From Longimicrobiales bacterium (GTDB lineage Bacteria > Gemmatimonadota > Gemmatimonadetes > Longimicrobiales > Gaopeijiaceae), in NCBI GenBank assembly GCA_965202805.1, contig OZ241869.1, positions 3,936,001 to 4,000,000 of the forward strand: 64,000 nucleotides of DNA, in the 5' to 3' direction. The notes beneath the pieces were generated by a model, which was not told where the DNA came from, did no database searches, and saw nothing but the letters and a program-made list of their open reading frames with translations. Shown here piece after piece: positions 1 to 9,949 of this stretch (position 1 is its first letter; each line of letters begins with the position of its first letter). The position numbers and the translations under genes are program-made.

Positions 1-2803
1 CCACGGTGAGGGTCACTCGATACAACCCCGGCCCCGCCACCGGCGCCTGCGGTCCACCAAACCCGCCGCCGGTCGCCTCCTCCGGCATGTTCCCCCGCAG
101 ATCCCACTGCACCCGGTTGATCCCCTCGTGCCCGGTGGGCTCCAGATCCCGGAACACCTCCCCGGTCGCCACCTCGGTAACCGTCAAGCTCACATCGTCC
201 GCGCCGGTGTCATCTCCCAGCCAGTAATGAATCGCCGTCCCCGGCAGGGCGTTGTCGCCGACCAGCACCTTGTCGCCCGTCACTGAACGCGAGCGCATCC
301 GGTTCTGCTTCCAGGCCACTGCCTCCCGCGGCGCGAACAGGTGCGCGTCGGCCTCCATCACCTCGGGCGTTAGCTGCTGGAGTGGCGTGATGTCGTCCAT
401 GACCATCACGCTGCGGCCGTGCGTGGCCAGCACCAGGTCGTTGTCGCGGGGGTGCACCAGGACATCGTCGATACGCACCACCGGGAGGCCGGTCATTAGG
501 CGGTGCCAGCTCCCGCCCTCGTCAAGCGAGACGAAGAACTCGAACTCAGTCCCCACATAAAGCAGGTTCCGGTTGCGCGGATCCTGGCGCACCGTGTTCA
601 CGTTGCCATATTCCGGCAGGTTCGACGTGATATTCTCCCAGCTGGCGCCGTAGTCACGCGTAGCATAGACGTAGGGCGCGAGATCGCCGCTCTTGTGGCC
701 GTCGACGGAGGCGTAGGCCGTGCCCGCGTCGAAATACGAGGCCTCGATCCGCGAGATGTAGTAGCCCTTCGTCCCTCCGGGAATGTTCTCTCCGACCTCC
801 CTCCAGCTGGCGCCGCCGTCCCGGCTCACCTGAAGGTTGCCGTCATCGGTTCCCATCCACAGGAGCCCGGGCACCAGAGGCGACTCGGTGAGCGACACGG
901 CCGCGCCCCAGGCGCTCACGCCGTCGTTGCGCGAGAGGATGCACTCCTGGCCGCGGTCCATCTGGTTGCAGCGGGGCAGGGCGTTGGCCTGGCCCATGAG
1001 CTCGATCATGTCGCGGTCCGTGTTCCTCGACAGATCCGGGCTCATCGTCCAGGTCTCGCCCCGGTCCATCGACGTGAAGAAGCGGTTTCCGCCCGCGTGC
1101 ACGACCTCGGGATTGTGGGGCGAGAGGATGAAGGGCGTGTTCCAGTTCCAGCGGATCTCGGTGCCCCGGTCCGGCATGGGCACGATGTTCGACGACGGGT
1201 TGTTCTGGCTCGGCGCGCGCGGCCGGATGCTGACCTGCTCGCCGGTCGCGAGGCTCAGGCGCCGGATGTTGCCGTTCTGGGACTCGGAATAGACGACGGT
1301 GTGGTCGGTGGGATCGACGGCGGTGTAGAAGCCGTCCCCGCCCCCGACCCGGTACCAGTCCTCGGAGAGGATCTCGCCGGTCCGCACCGCGCTCGGGCCG
1401 CACCAGCTGCCGTTGTCCTGGAGCCCGGTGCACACGTAGTACGGGCGCCGCATGTCCACGGACGCATGATAGGGCTGGCCCACGTCCCATCGCCGGAGCG
1501 CTTCCCAGGTCTCGCCCTGATCGTAGCTGACGTCCACCGCGCCGTCGTTGCCGAGGATGAGGTGGTCGCTGTCCTCGGGATTGATCCAGAGCGCGTGCTG
1601 GTCCACGTGCCCGTAGCCGTCCAGCACCTCGAAGGTCTGCGCCCCGTCGCGCGACTTGTGCACCCTCTGGTCGACGACATAGACGATGTCCGGGTTCGTC
1701 GGATCGACCCGGATCTGGCTGAAGTACATCGGGCGCCCGTTCTCGTTCGAGCGGAACTCCCAGCTCATGCCCTTGTCGCTTGAGCGCCAGATGCCGTTGT
1801 ACTGGGGATCGGGAGGCAGCGCGTCCTCGTCGTCCAGGCGCTCCCACTCGGCCCTCTCCTCGTCCGTGAGAGGCTCCTCCCTGTCCGCCGCGACCTCGAT
1901 CTGCGCGTAGAGGACGTCCGGATCCGCCGGGGTCATGGCCAGCGCGACCCGCCCCATGGTGCCGCGCGGGAGGCCGCTGCCGCTCAGGCGGCTCCAGCTC
2001 TCGCCCCCGTCGTCCGAGCGCCAGATGCCGCTTCCGGGCCCTCCACCCACGAAGCAGCACGCGGTCCGGCGCCGCTGATAGGTGGCCGCGAAGAGCGTGT
2101 TGGGGTTCGAGGGGTCGATGACGAGGTCGGTGGCGCCGGTGTTGTCGTCAACGCTGAGGACGTGGCTCCAGGACTCGCCGCCATCCGTCGTCTTGAATAC
2201 GCCGCGCTCCGGATTCGCGCCGAAGAGATGGCCGTTGGCCGCCACCCAGGCCACATCCGCGTCGTCGGGATGGGCGATCACGCGCGCGATGGATTGCGTC
2301 TCGCGCAGCCCCACGTGGGTGAAGGTCTTGCCGCCGTCCTCGGACTTGTAGACGCCGTCCCCGAACGAGGAGCTCTGCCGGTTGTTGGCCTCGCCGGTCC
2401 CGACCCAGAGGATGTCCGGGTTCGAGGGCGCGACCGCGAGCGCGCCGATGGAGTGCGTTCCGTAGCTGTCGAAGATGGACTCGAAGGTGGTCCCGTTGTT
2501 GGTCGTCTTCCACAGGCCGCCGGTCGCGAAGCCCACGTAGTAGGTGTGCGGGTCGTCCGGATTCACCGCCAGGTCGTCGACCCGGCCGCCCTGCCCATAC
2601 GGCCCGATGGAGCGCCACGAGAAGGGTCGCAGCAGCGGGTGGTCGGAGGCGTTGACGGGGGCATCGCCGTCCTGGGCCGCGCCGTCACCCGGCAGCAGGA
2701 GCAGCGGGGCAACCAGCGCAAAACAGACGGCCAGTGAGCGCAGGCACGCGGGCGAGCCGACGGTGACCAGTAAGCGTGCGGAAAAAAGTCGGGTGCCGGA
2801 CAT
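1..2803 (-). CDS. Exported VPS10/BNR-repeat (sortilin-like beta-propeller) glycosyl hydrolase family protein; 3' end lies off the left edge
   Basis: Manual translation from ATG 2803 (GAGG RBS): signal-like N-terminus, then WRSIGPYGQGGRVDDLAV, GFATGGLWKTTNNGTTF, LWVGTGEANNRQSSSFGDGVYKSEDGGKTF and repeated SxDGGxxW Asp-box motifs. Absent from the ORF track, consistent with the frame running off the edge. Confidence 0.85.
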   Translation of the reverse strand, partial: MSGTRLFSARLLVTVGSPACLRSLAVCFALVAPLLLLPGDGAAQDGDAPVNASDHPLLRPFSWRSIGPYGQGGRVDDLAVNPDDPHTYYVGFATGGLWKTTNNGTTFESIFDSYGTHSIGALAVAPSNPDILWVGTGEANNRQSSSFGDGVYKSEDGGKTFTHVGLRETQSIARVIAHPDDADVAWVAANGHLFGANPERGVFKTTDGGESWSHVLSVDDNTGATDLVIDPSNPNTLFAATYQRRRTACCFVGGGPGSGIWRSDDGGESWSRLSGSGLPRGTMGRVALAMTPADPDVLYAQIEVAADREEPLTDEERAEWERLDDEDALPPDPQYNGIWRSSDKGMSWEFRSNENGRPMYFSQIRVDPTNPDIVYVVDQRVHKSRDGAQTFEVLDGYGHVDQHALWINPEDSDHLILGNDGAVDVSYDQGETWEALRRWDVGQPYHASVDMRRPYYVCTGLQDNGSWCGPSAVRTGEILSEDWYRVGGGDGFYTAVDPTDHTVVYSESQNGNIRRLSLATGEQVSIRPRAPSQNNPSSNIVPMPDRGTEIRWNWNTPFILSPHNPEVVHAGGNRFFTSMDRGETWTMSPDLSRNTDRDMIELMGQANALPRCNQMDRGQECILSRNDGVSAWGAAVSLTESPLVPGLLWMGTDDGNLQVSRDGGASWREVGENIPGGTKGYYISRIEASYFDAGTAYASVDGHKSGDLAPYVYATRDYGASWENITSNLPEYGNVNTVRQDPRNRNLLYVGTEFEFFVSLDEGGSWHRLMTGLPVVRIDDVLVHPRDNDLVLATHGRSVMVMDDITPLQQLTPEVMEADAHLFAPREAVAWKQNRMRSRSVTGDKVLVGDNALPGTAIHYWLGDDTGADDVSLTVTEVATGEVFRDLEPTGHEGINRVQWDLRGNMPEEATGGGFGGPQAPVAGPGLYRVTLTV

Positions 2804-3096
2804 GACGACCTCTCGCGGCAAAGGCGGAAACGGCGGGTGTGAAAGGTCCTGCCAGTTTACGCGCGCGATAGGGTTCCGGCCATGGAGAGTGAGATCGACC
2901 TGGTTCTGGCGTAAGGGCTCACTCGGCTGCGGTTCGTAGCCACGGGCTGGTGGTCTACAGATCGCTTCGCATCCCTGAGCGGCGGATGGTATCTTCGCCG
3001 CAACCGACCTCGGCCGCTTCGAGGGCACGCGTCGGGCCCGGCGGCGGGCATCGGGCCCGATGAGAAACTCCAACGACACGACCGCGAGAGCCGACC

Positions 3097-4071
3097 TTGC
3101 CCCTCCGCATCCCCCTCATCGCCCTTGCCCTGCTGGCGCTCGTCGTGCTGGTCGTGCGCCTGCCGTCGGCGGAGGAGTCGGCGGCGTATCCGGACGCGAG
3201 CCGCGAGATCCGCCACGTGATTCCGTGGCGCGCGGGCGGGGGCACCGACACCGCCATGCGCGGTTTCATGAGGTGGTTCGAGGAGGAGATCGGGGTCGGA
3301 GTGGTTACCGAGAACGTGCCGGGCGGGTTGAGCTCGGTCGGCCTGACGGTCGTGCAGAACGCGCCCGCGGACGGATACACGCTCGGGACCATGACCTACG
3401 ACGCGCTCACCGTGCAGCTGCTCGGGCTGGCGCCGGTCGACTGGCGGGCGCTGGAGCCGGTGTGCATGGTGACCGAGCATCCCAGCGCCCTGATCGTGCC
3501 CACCGAGCGCTGGGCGGACCTGGCCGCCTTCGGGGCGGACGCGCGCGCGAATCCGGGCACCATCGCGGTCGGCAACGTGGGGCAGAAGGGGGTCTGGCAT
3601 CAGCACGCGGCGGCGATGGAGCAGGCTCTGGGTGCGAGCTTGCGGCACATCCCCTACGAGGGGGGCTCGGGCCCGCAGATCGGCGCGATTCTCGGGGATG
3701 AAGTGGATGCCATCGTCTCCAGCCTGCCGGGAGCGATGGCCTACGTGCGCAGCGGGGAACTGAGGGTCCTCGCGCTGATGGCGCCGGAGCGGAGTCGCCT
3801 GGTGCCGGACGTGCCGACGTTTGCCGAGCTGGGCTACGACCTGGAGTACGGCAGCTTCCGGATGCTGATGGCGCCGGGCGGTACGCCCGATGATCGCCTC
3901 GCGATCCTGGAGAGCGCCTGCCGGACCGCGGCCGAGTCGCCCGAGTTCCAGGAGTGGGCCCGGGCCGGGGCCGTGGGGGCGACCTGGCGCGGTCGAGACT
4001 CCGTGCGCGGGTACCTGGAGGACCTGGCACCGCGCGTCGAGGGGCTTCTGGCGGCCCTGGAGGGTGTGTGA
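3097..4071 (+). CDS. tctC: Tripartite tricarboxylate transporter substrate-binding protein (Bug/TctC family)
   Basis: IPWRAGGGTD, ENVPGG, PADGYTLG, HIPYEGGSG, DVPTFAELGYD motifs; hydrophobic N-terminus. Confidence 0.9.
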   Translation: MPLRIPLIALALLALVVLVVRLPSAEESAAYPDASREIRHVIPWRAGGGTDTAMRGFMRWFEEEIGVGVVTENVPGGLSSVGLTVVQNAPADGYTLGTMTYDALTVQLLGLAPVDWRALEPVCMVTEHPSALIVPTERWADLAAFGADARANPGTIAVGNVGQKGVWHQHAAAMEQALGASLRHIPYEGGSGPQIGAILGDEVDAIVSSLPGAMAYVRSGELRVLALMAPERSRLVPDVPTFAELGYDLEYGSFRMLMAPGGTPDDRLAILESACRTAAESPEFQEWARAGAVGATWRGRDSVRGYLEDLAPRVEGLLAALEGV

Positions 4072-5744
4072 ACGGCGGCCAGGCCCTGGTCGGCGTCCTC
4101 GAGCACCTGGGCGTCGACACCATCTTCGGCCTGTGCGGCGATACGTCGCTGCCGTGGTACGAGGCGCTGGCCGCATCGCCCGGCATCCGCCACGTCCTGA
4201 CCCGCGACGAGCGCAGCGCCGCCTTCATGGCCGACGCGTACGCGCGCCTGAGCGGCAGGGTGGGGGTGTGCGAGGGCCCGAGCGGCGGCGGCGCCACCTA
4301 CATCCTCCCCGGGGTCGCCGAGGCGAACGAGTCCTCGGTGCCGATGGTGTGCCTCACCTCCGACATCGCCACCACCGAGCGGGGCGTGGGCACGCTGACC
4401 GACCTCGACCAGGCGGCCCTGTTTGCGCCCGTGACCCGGCGGGTGTTCTCCCCCACCACCCCCCGGGACCTCCCCGGCATGACGCGCGCGGCCTTCCGGG
4501 AGGCCTCCACCGGCAACCTGGGCGCCTGCCAGATCGCCCTTCCCCTCGACACCCAGGCAGGTTCGGTTCCCGCTTCCGCCGTTCACGGCGACGGCTGCTA
4601 CAGCCGCTACCCCGCCGAGCGGGTCGCTCCCGACCCCGACCAGGTGCGCGCCGTCGCCCGCGAGCTCGCCCGCAGCCGCCGCCCCCTGATCGTGGCCGGC
4701 GCCGGCGCGCTGCGCTCGGGGGCCTGGAACGAAGTGCGCGAGCTCGCCCGCGCACTCGGCGCCTTCGTGGCCACCTCCATTTCCGGCAAGGGGAGCATCG
4801 CCGAAACCGACCCCCGCTCCCTCGGAGTGGTCGGCAGCAACGGCGGGCTGCCCTGGCGCCACGATCTGGTGCGCAAGGCCGACTTGGTCTTCTACGTAGG
4901 GTGCGGCACCGGCTCCGTGACCACCGAGAAGTGGACCCTCCCCCGCCCGGGCGACGCGCGCTTCGTCCAGCTGGATGTCGACGCGGGCGTCCTGGGGCGC
5001 AGCTACCCCCTTGCCGCGGCCATGCGGGCCGACGCGCGCAAGGGCCTCGCCGCGCTCACCACCGAGCTGCACGCCCGGGGCGCCGCCACCCCCCGCCTCG
5101 ACCCCGCCGAAATCGCCACCGCCCGGCGGGCGCACGACGACCGCGTGGCCGGGCTGTTCGCGTCGGACGAGCGACCGATCCGCCCCGAGCGCCTTCTGGC
5201 CGAGCTGCTGCCGCGCCTCCCCGAGCGCGCCATCATCCTCGCCGACCCGGGCACCCCCTGCCCGTACTTCTCGGCCTGGTGGCGCCTTCCGCGCGCCGGC
5301 CGCTGGTTCGTCAGCCCGCGCGCCTTCGGGGCTCTTGGGTACGCACTCCCCGCCGTGGTCGGCGCACAATACGCGCGACCCGACGCGGGCCGCGTCATCG
5401 GCGTGATGGGCGACGGAAGCTTCGGCATCTCCGCCGGTGAGCTCGAGACCTTGGTGCGACTCGACCTCCCGGTCACCCTCATCGTGTGCAACAACGCCGG
5501 CTACGGGTGGATCAAGGCGGGGCAGAAGAGCCGTGGCAGCGACTACTTCTCGGTAGACTTCAAAGACTCCGACCACGCCGCCATCGCCCGCGCCTATGGC
5601 CTGCGCGCGCACCGCGTGGACGATCCCGCGGAGCTGGGTGCGGCCGTCCAGGAGGCGCTCACCGCCCGCGGCCCGTTCCTCCTGGATGTCGTCACGCAGC
5701 CGCTCGAAGAAGCCAACGCCCCCGTCTCGAAATGGATCGCGTGA
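4068..5744 (+). CDS. Thiamine pyrophosphate-dependent enzyme (acetolactate synthase large subunit-like)
   Basis: GTG start overlaps tctC stop (GTGA); RDERSAAFMADAYAR catalytic Glu region; ThDP motif GDGSF...CNNAGYGWI. Confidence 0.9.
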   Translation: MNGGQALVGVLEHLGVDTIFGLCGDTSLPWYEALAASPGIRHVLTRDERSAAFMADAYARLSGRVGVCEGPSGGGATYILPGVAEANESSVPMVCLTSDIATTERGVGTLTDLDQAALFAPVTRRVFSPTTPRDLPGMTRAAFREASTGNLGACQIALPLDTQAGSVPASAVHGDGCYSRYPAERVAPDPDQVRAVARELARSRRPLIVAGAGALRSGAWNEVRELARALGAFVATSISGKGSIAETDPRSLGVVGSNGGLPWRHDLVRKADLVFYVGCGTGSVTTEKWTLPRPGDARFVQLDVDAGVLGRSYPLAAAMRADARKGLAALTTELHARGAATPRLDPAEIATARRAHDDRVAGLFASDERPIRPERLLAELLPRLPERAIILADPGTPCPYFSAWWRLPRAGRWFVSPRAFGALGYALPAVVGAQYARPDAGRVIGVMGDGSFGISAGELETLVRLDLPVTLIVCNNAGYGWIKAGQKSRGSDYFSVDFKDSDHAAIARAYGLRAHRVDDPAELGAAVQEALTARGPFLLDVVTQPLEEANAPVSKWIA

Positions 5745-5928
5745 GGGAGCTGAATCGCGAGGGAGCTGATCGCGTGAAGCAGAAGGGTCGAGTCCGACAG
5801 GGCCGAGCGCGTTTCGGATTCCGCGACTCCCTCTCGGAGAACCGACGCCAGTCTGCCGCGATCCCTCTTTTGTCCGCCAGAAAAGACAAGAAGTGTCAAA
5901 CAAAAGAGGGGCTTGATGGGGGGTTGGA

Positions 5929-6417
5929 ATGCCTGAGCAGGCCAGTGGCGTGAGCGCGGAAGGCGCCGGTTCTCCTTGGACCGACCTCATCTCCGGCTGC
6001 AGCCTCTTCGTCGTCGCGCTGGCCTACGGCTTCGGAGCGCGCGGGCTTTCGGCGTCGGGGGATCCGGACGTCGCACTCGTTCCCATCGGCCTGGCCGCCG
6101 CTCTCGCCCTGCTGTCGGCCGGCATCGCGTTCTCCGGATGGCGCAAGCTGCGGCAAACACCTGTTTCGGACGCCAGCGATTCGCGCCCCGGCCCCACCCG
6201 CGCCTGGACCGTCATCGGTCTCACCATCCTCTACGCCGCCCTGTTCCAGATCCTCGGCTACGTCCTCGCGACCCTCCTTTACACGGCTGCCGTGGCGGAG
6301 CGCTTCGGCGCCGGCCGGCGCACGATCCTGGTGCTGGCACCGTGCGCGACCCTCCTCATCTTCCTGCTCTTCCGCGTGATCCTCGGCGCCCGCCTGCCCG
6401 CAGGCATCCTTGGATGA
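5929..6417 (+). CDS. tctB: TctB family small membrane subunit
   Basis: About 4 TM helices, LGYVLAT and LFRVILGARLPAG C-terminus; lies directly upstream of tctA. Confidence 0.8.
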   Translation: MPEQASGVSAEGAGSPWTDLISGCSLFVVALAYGFGARGLSASGDPDVALVPIGLAAALALLSAGIAFSGWRKLRQTPVSDASDSRPGPTRAWTVIGLTILYAALFQILGYVLATLLYTAAVAERFGAGRRTILVLAPCATLLIFLLFRVILGARLPAGILG

Positions 6418-6496
6418 GCCGCGAACACATGAGCCTGAGCGCCGACCTCAGCGCCCCTGATCCCGCGGCCGCACTCGCCGCGCCGCGAGGCGCTGC

Positions 6497-7963
6497 ATGA
6501 GCTTCGAACTCCTCCTCGACCCGGCCCTCCTTCTGCCCCTCGTCGCCGGCTCCCTCCTGGGCATCGCCGTCGGCGCCATCCCCGGCCTCACCGCCACCCT
6601 GGCCATCGCCCTGCTGCTGCCGCTCACCTACCAGCTCTCGGCCGAGAGCGCGATCGTGATGATGATCGGGATCTTCACCGGCGGCCTCTACGGCGGGTCC
6701 GTCGCGGCCATCGCGCTCTGCATCCCGGGCGCGCCGGCCAACGCCATGACGATGCTCGACGGCCACGCGATGGCGCTTCAGGGCCGCACCGGCACTGCCA
6801 TCGGCATCGCCACCTTCAGCTCCGTCGTGGGGGGCCTGGCCGGCGGCGTGGTCCTGGTCCTCTTCAGCCCGCAGCTGGCCCGGATGGCGCTCCGCTTCCA
6901 GTCCCCCGAGATGTTCGCCCTGGTAGTCCTGGCGCTGGTCGCGGTCGCGACGGTCTCGCGCGAATCACTCACCAGGGGGATGGCCGCCACGGTCATCGGC
7001 GTGATGCTCTCGACCATCGGCATCGACCCGCTGGTGCCGGTGCCGCGCTACACCCTGGGCTCGGTGGACCTGCTCGTCGGCCTCCCGCTCATTCCGGTCG
7101 TGATCGGCATCTTCGCCATGACCGAACTGTTCCATCAGGCCGGACGGCCGCCCTCACGAGCCCACGAGCATCCGTCGGCGCGGTCCGACGGCGTCTTCGC
7201 ATGGTGGCGGGAAGTGCGGCGAGTGGGATGGAAGCCCTTCGTCAAGAACTCGGTGATCGGGACCTCGGTCGGCGCCCTGCCCGGAGCCGGAGCCGCGATG
7301 GCCGCCTTCTTCGCCTACAGCGAGGCCCGCCGCAGTTCGCGCCACCCCGAACGCTTCGGAAAGGGCGCGCCCGAGGGCATCGTCGCCCCGGAGGTGGCGA
7401 ACAACGCCGTGACCGGGGGAGCGCTCATCCCGCTGCTCGCGCTGGGCATCCCCGGCGACGCGGTGACGGCCGTGATTCTGGGCGGGCTTGTAATACACGG
7501 TATTACGCCCGGCCCGCAACTCTTCACCGCGGCTGCGGGTCTCGTCGCGCCGCTCTTCGCCGCCTACTTCGCCAGCTACCTGCTGATCCTGGTGTTCGGC
7601 CTGACACTGCTTCCCCTCTACGCGCGCATCACGCGCGTGCCGCGGAGCGTGCTGTTCTCGGCCATCGCACCGCTGGCCGTCGTCGCCGCCTTCACCTCCG
7701 AGCGAACCACCTTCGCCATCTACGTCGCCGTGGGCATCGGCGTCCTCGGCTACGTCCTGCGCCGCTTCGGCTATCCGGTAATCCCCGTGCTGCTGGGCCT
7801 GATCCTGGGTCCGATGCTCGAGTCCAACTTCCGTCGCGCGCTGATCCTCTCCGAGGGCGATCCCCTCATCTTCATCTCATCGCCCATCAGCGTGGGGCTC
7901 CTGCTCGCCGCTGCCGCCTTCCTTCTCTACGTCGTGCGGGGACAGCGGAAAGCACAGGCTTAG
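6497..7963 (+). CDS. tctA: TctA family large permease
   Basis: GAIPGLTAT, GGLYGGS, IPGAPA, PEVANNA, LGIPGD, LGPMLESNFRRAL motifs. Confidence 0.93.
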   Translation: MSFELLLDPALLLPLVAGSLLGIAVGAIPGLTATLAIALLLPLTYQLSAESAIVMMIGIFTGGLYGGSVAAIALCIPGAPANAMTMLDGHAMALQGRTGTAIGIATFSSVVGGLAGGVVLVLFSPQLARMALRFQSPEMFALVVLALVAVATVSRESLTRGMAATVIGVMLSTIGIDPLVPVPRYTLGSVDLLVGLPLIPVVIGIFAMTELFHQAGRPPSRAHEHPSARSDGVFAWWREVRRVGWKPFVKNSVIGTSVGALPGAGAAMAAFFAYSEARRSSRHPERFGKGAPEGIVAPEVANNAVTGGALIPLLALGIPGDAVTAVILGGLVIHGITPGPQLFTAAAGLVAPLFAAYFASYLLILVFGLTLLPLYARITRVPRSVLFSAIAPLAVVAAFTSERTTFAIYVAVGIGVLGYVLRRFGYPVIPVLLGLILGPMLESNFRRALILSEGDPLIFISSPISVGLLLAAAAFLLYVVRGQRKAQA

Positions 7964-8035
7964 CCGCCCGCGGAACAGGCCTGGCCGCCCGGGAAAGCCT
8001 GTGACGCTCCGCGGGTCCGCACGCCCCGAACCCGG

Positions 8036-9670
8036 CTATCCCGCCGGATCCGGCGCCCGCTCCCGGTGAAACTCAGTCACCGCCTGGTACGCCGCGATCA
8101 CCGCAAGCAGCCGCTCCTCGCCGAAGGGAGGCGCGCCGAGCGTGGCCCCGCGCGGTACCCGCGCCCCCGTGGTTTCGTCGGTGTCGAAGCCGATGGGCGT
8201 GCACGCGAGCGGCAGCCCGACCCCGTCGAACGCACCGCCCGCGCTCGTGACCACGACATCGCACTGGTTGAAGAGCTGCGTGACCATGCGATGGCGCAGG
8301 AGGTTTCGCGCCTGCTGCACCTTCACGTAGGTGTCGGCGCTCTGGAGCATGCCGTTGAGGAAGCGCGGCAGGCGGTCGGCGAAGTTGCGAACGTCCTCTC
8401 GCAGGTGCTCGATGAAGAAGGCGGTGGGATCACCGTGGGAGCCCCCCAGCGGCGGTGAAGTGAGCTCCTCCCACTCATCCGGAAGGGTCACGTCCGGTAC
8501 GATGGTCACCGCCGGGTTGCGCTCGAGTTCCTCGAGGAAGTCGCGCCTGAGCTGGTTCACCCGCTCGTTGTCCCCCTCGAGATACTCCGGCCAGACGCCG
8601 ATCCGGGTGGGCCAGCGGACACGGGGTCGCTCGCCCCCGAACGGCGTCGCCGCCAGCGCGTAGTTGGGCGGCCGCGGCAGCCCGAGCGTCCGCGGATCGT
8701 TCGGATCCGGCTGGGCGCATACCTGGAGCAGGATGGCGGCGTCCATGGCGTCGCGCGCCATCACGCCGACGTGGTCGCGCGTGTAGCTGAGCGGGATGAT
8801 GCCGTGCAGGGAGATGCGCCCGAACGTGGGCTTGACCGCCGTCAGCCCCTGCGCGTTGGAGGGGCCGATCACCGAGCCGCCGGTCTGTGTCCCGAGCCCG
8901 GCCACCGCGAGGCGGGCCGCCACGGCCGTTCCGGTGCCCGACGAGGATCCGGACGGGCTGTAGCGCACGTCGTCCGGGGTCCAGGCGTTGCGCGTCGTCG
9001 GCGTGGTGGTCCCGTACACGCGCGCCCTGCCCCCGGCTAGGTTGCCCATCTGCGCCTTGCCCACGACGAGGCCTCCCGCCGCGCGCATCAGCGAGACGCA
9101 GGTGGCGTCGTAGTCGGGCTGGAAGCCCTCGAAGACCAGCGACCCGCCCTCGGTCAGCAGATCCGCCGTGTAGCAGTTGTCCTTGGGCGCGAGGCACATG
9201 CCCCGGAGCGGGGCACGGCGTTCGTCGTCGGTCGTCCGGGCCAGCTGCGCCAGGAGCGTCTCGCGCGACGGACGGTCGGCATAGGCCTGGTACGTTCCCT
9301 CGAAGGCCTCGATGCGGTCGACGTACGCCTCGACCAGGTCCCGCGGATCGAGGGCGCCCGTGCGGATCAGCGTCATCGACTCCGACATGGTGAGCTGCGT
9401 GAGGTCGTCGACCTCCTGCAGCCGGATGTCCGCCCCGAAGGCTTCCGGCGTCACTGCCGGGCCGCGCGGGCTGGCGACGGCGGGCGCGCGAGCCAGCAGG
9501 GTGCCGGTGGCGGCCGCCGAAGAGACCCAGGCCATCCGCTCCAGGAACCAGCGCCGCGAGACCCGCTCGTCCTGGGGGGCGGGAGCCTCGCTGGCGCCGG
9601 CGCTCACCTTGCGGTCCGCCCCGGGCCCGGTCCGCGCGCCTCCGGTCCCCGTGCGGGCACCCCCGCTCAT
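8036..9670 (-). CDS. Amidase signature family enzyme with Tat signal peptide
   Basis: PKDN (Lys), SGSSSG and GTQTGGSV (Ser-cisSer-Lys triad); SRRWFL twin-arginine motif. ATG 9670 overlaps the upstream stop (ATGA) and has a GAGGAGG RBS. Confidence 0.88.
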   Translation of the reverse strand: MSGGARTGTGGARTGPGADRKVSAGASEAPAPQDERVSRRWFLERMAWVSSAAATGTLLARAPAVASPRGPAVTPEAFGADIRLQEVDDLTQLTMSESMTLIRTGALDPRDLVEAYVDRIEAFEGTYQAYADRPSRETLLAQLARTTDDERRAPLRGMCLAPKDNCYTADLLTEGGSLVFEGFQPDYDATCVSLMRAAGGLVVGKAQMGNLAGGRARVYGTTTPTTRNAWTPDDVRYSPSGSSSGTGTAVAARLAVAGLGTQTGGSVIGPSNAQGLTAVKPTFGRISLHGIIPLSYTRDHVGVMARDAMDAAILLQVCAQPDPNDPRTLGLPRPPNYALAATPFGGERPRVRWPTRIGVWPEYLEGDNERVNQLRRDFLEELERNPAVTIVPDVTLPDEWEELTSPPLGGSHGDPTAFFIEHLREDVRNFADRLPRFLNGMLQSADTYVKVQQARNLLRHRMVTQLFNQCDVVVTSAGGAFDGVGLPLACTPIGFDTDETTGARVPRGATLGAPPFGEERLLAVIAAYQAVTEFHRERAPDPAG

Positions 9671-9936
9671 GACCCCTCCTCGGTCCATGCCACAAACGGC
9701 GCCGGAAAGGCGTTCGGCAGGTTGAACTGGGGATCGATGTGGAAGTTGGCGGCCTCCACATCCTGGCGGAGGATCGAGCGTCCGTTCTCGAGGAGCCGCT
9801 CCTGATCCATGGGCGCATCCTCATCCGACTCCGGAAGCACCGAGATGTCGATCCCGAGGAGCCTGTAGCGCGTCAGAATGCAGGCGTTGAGTTCTTCGTC
9901 CGTGGGTTCGGGCGGAGTCTGGGGTCGTGGGCGCAT
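9667..9936 (-). CDS. Small acidic hypothetical protein (~89 aa), possible GatC/AtzG/HpxX-like amidase partner
   Basis: Strong GAGGAGG RBS before ATG 9936; translationally coupled to the amidase. Partner function is inferred from position only. Confidence 0.7.
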   Translation of the reverse strand: MRPRPQTPPEPTDEELNACILTRYRLLGIDISVLPESDEDAPMDQERLLENGRSILRQDVEAANFHIDPQFNLPNAFPAPFVAWTEEGS

Positions 9937-9949
9937 GGGTCGATCCTCC

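Noticed and set aside
503..2737. Plus-strand ORFs of 426 and 191 aa
   Set aside because: Shadows of the real minus-strand VPS10/BNR gene, which the track omits.
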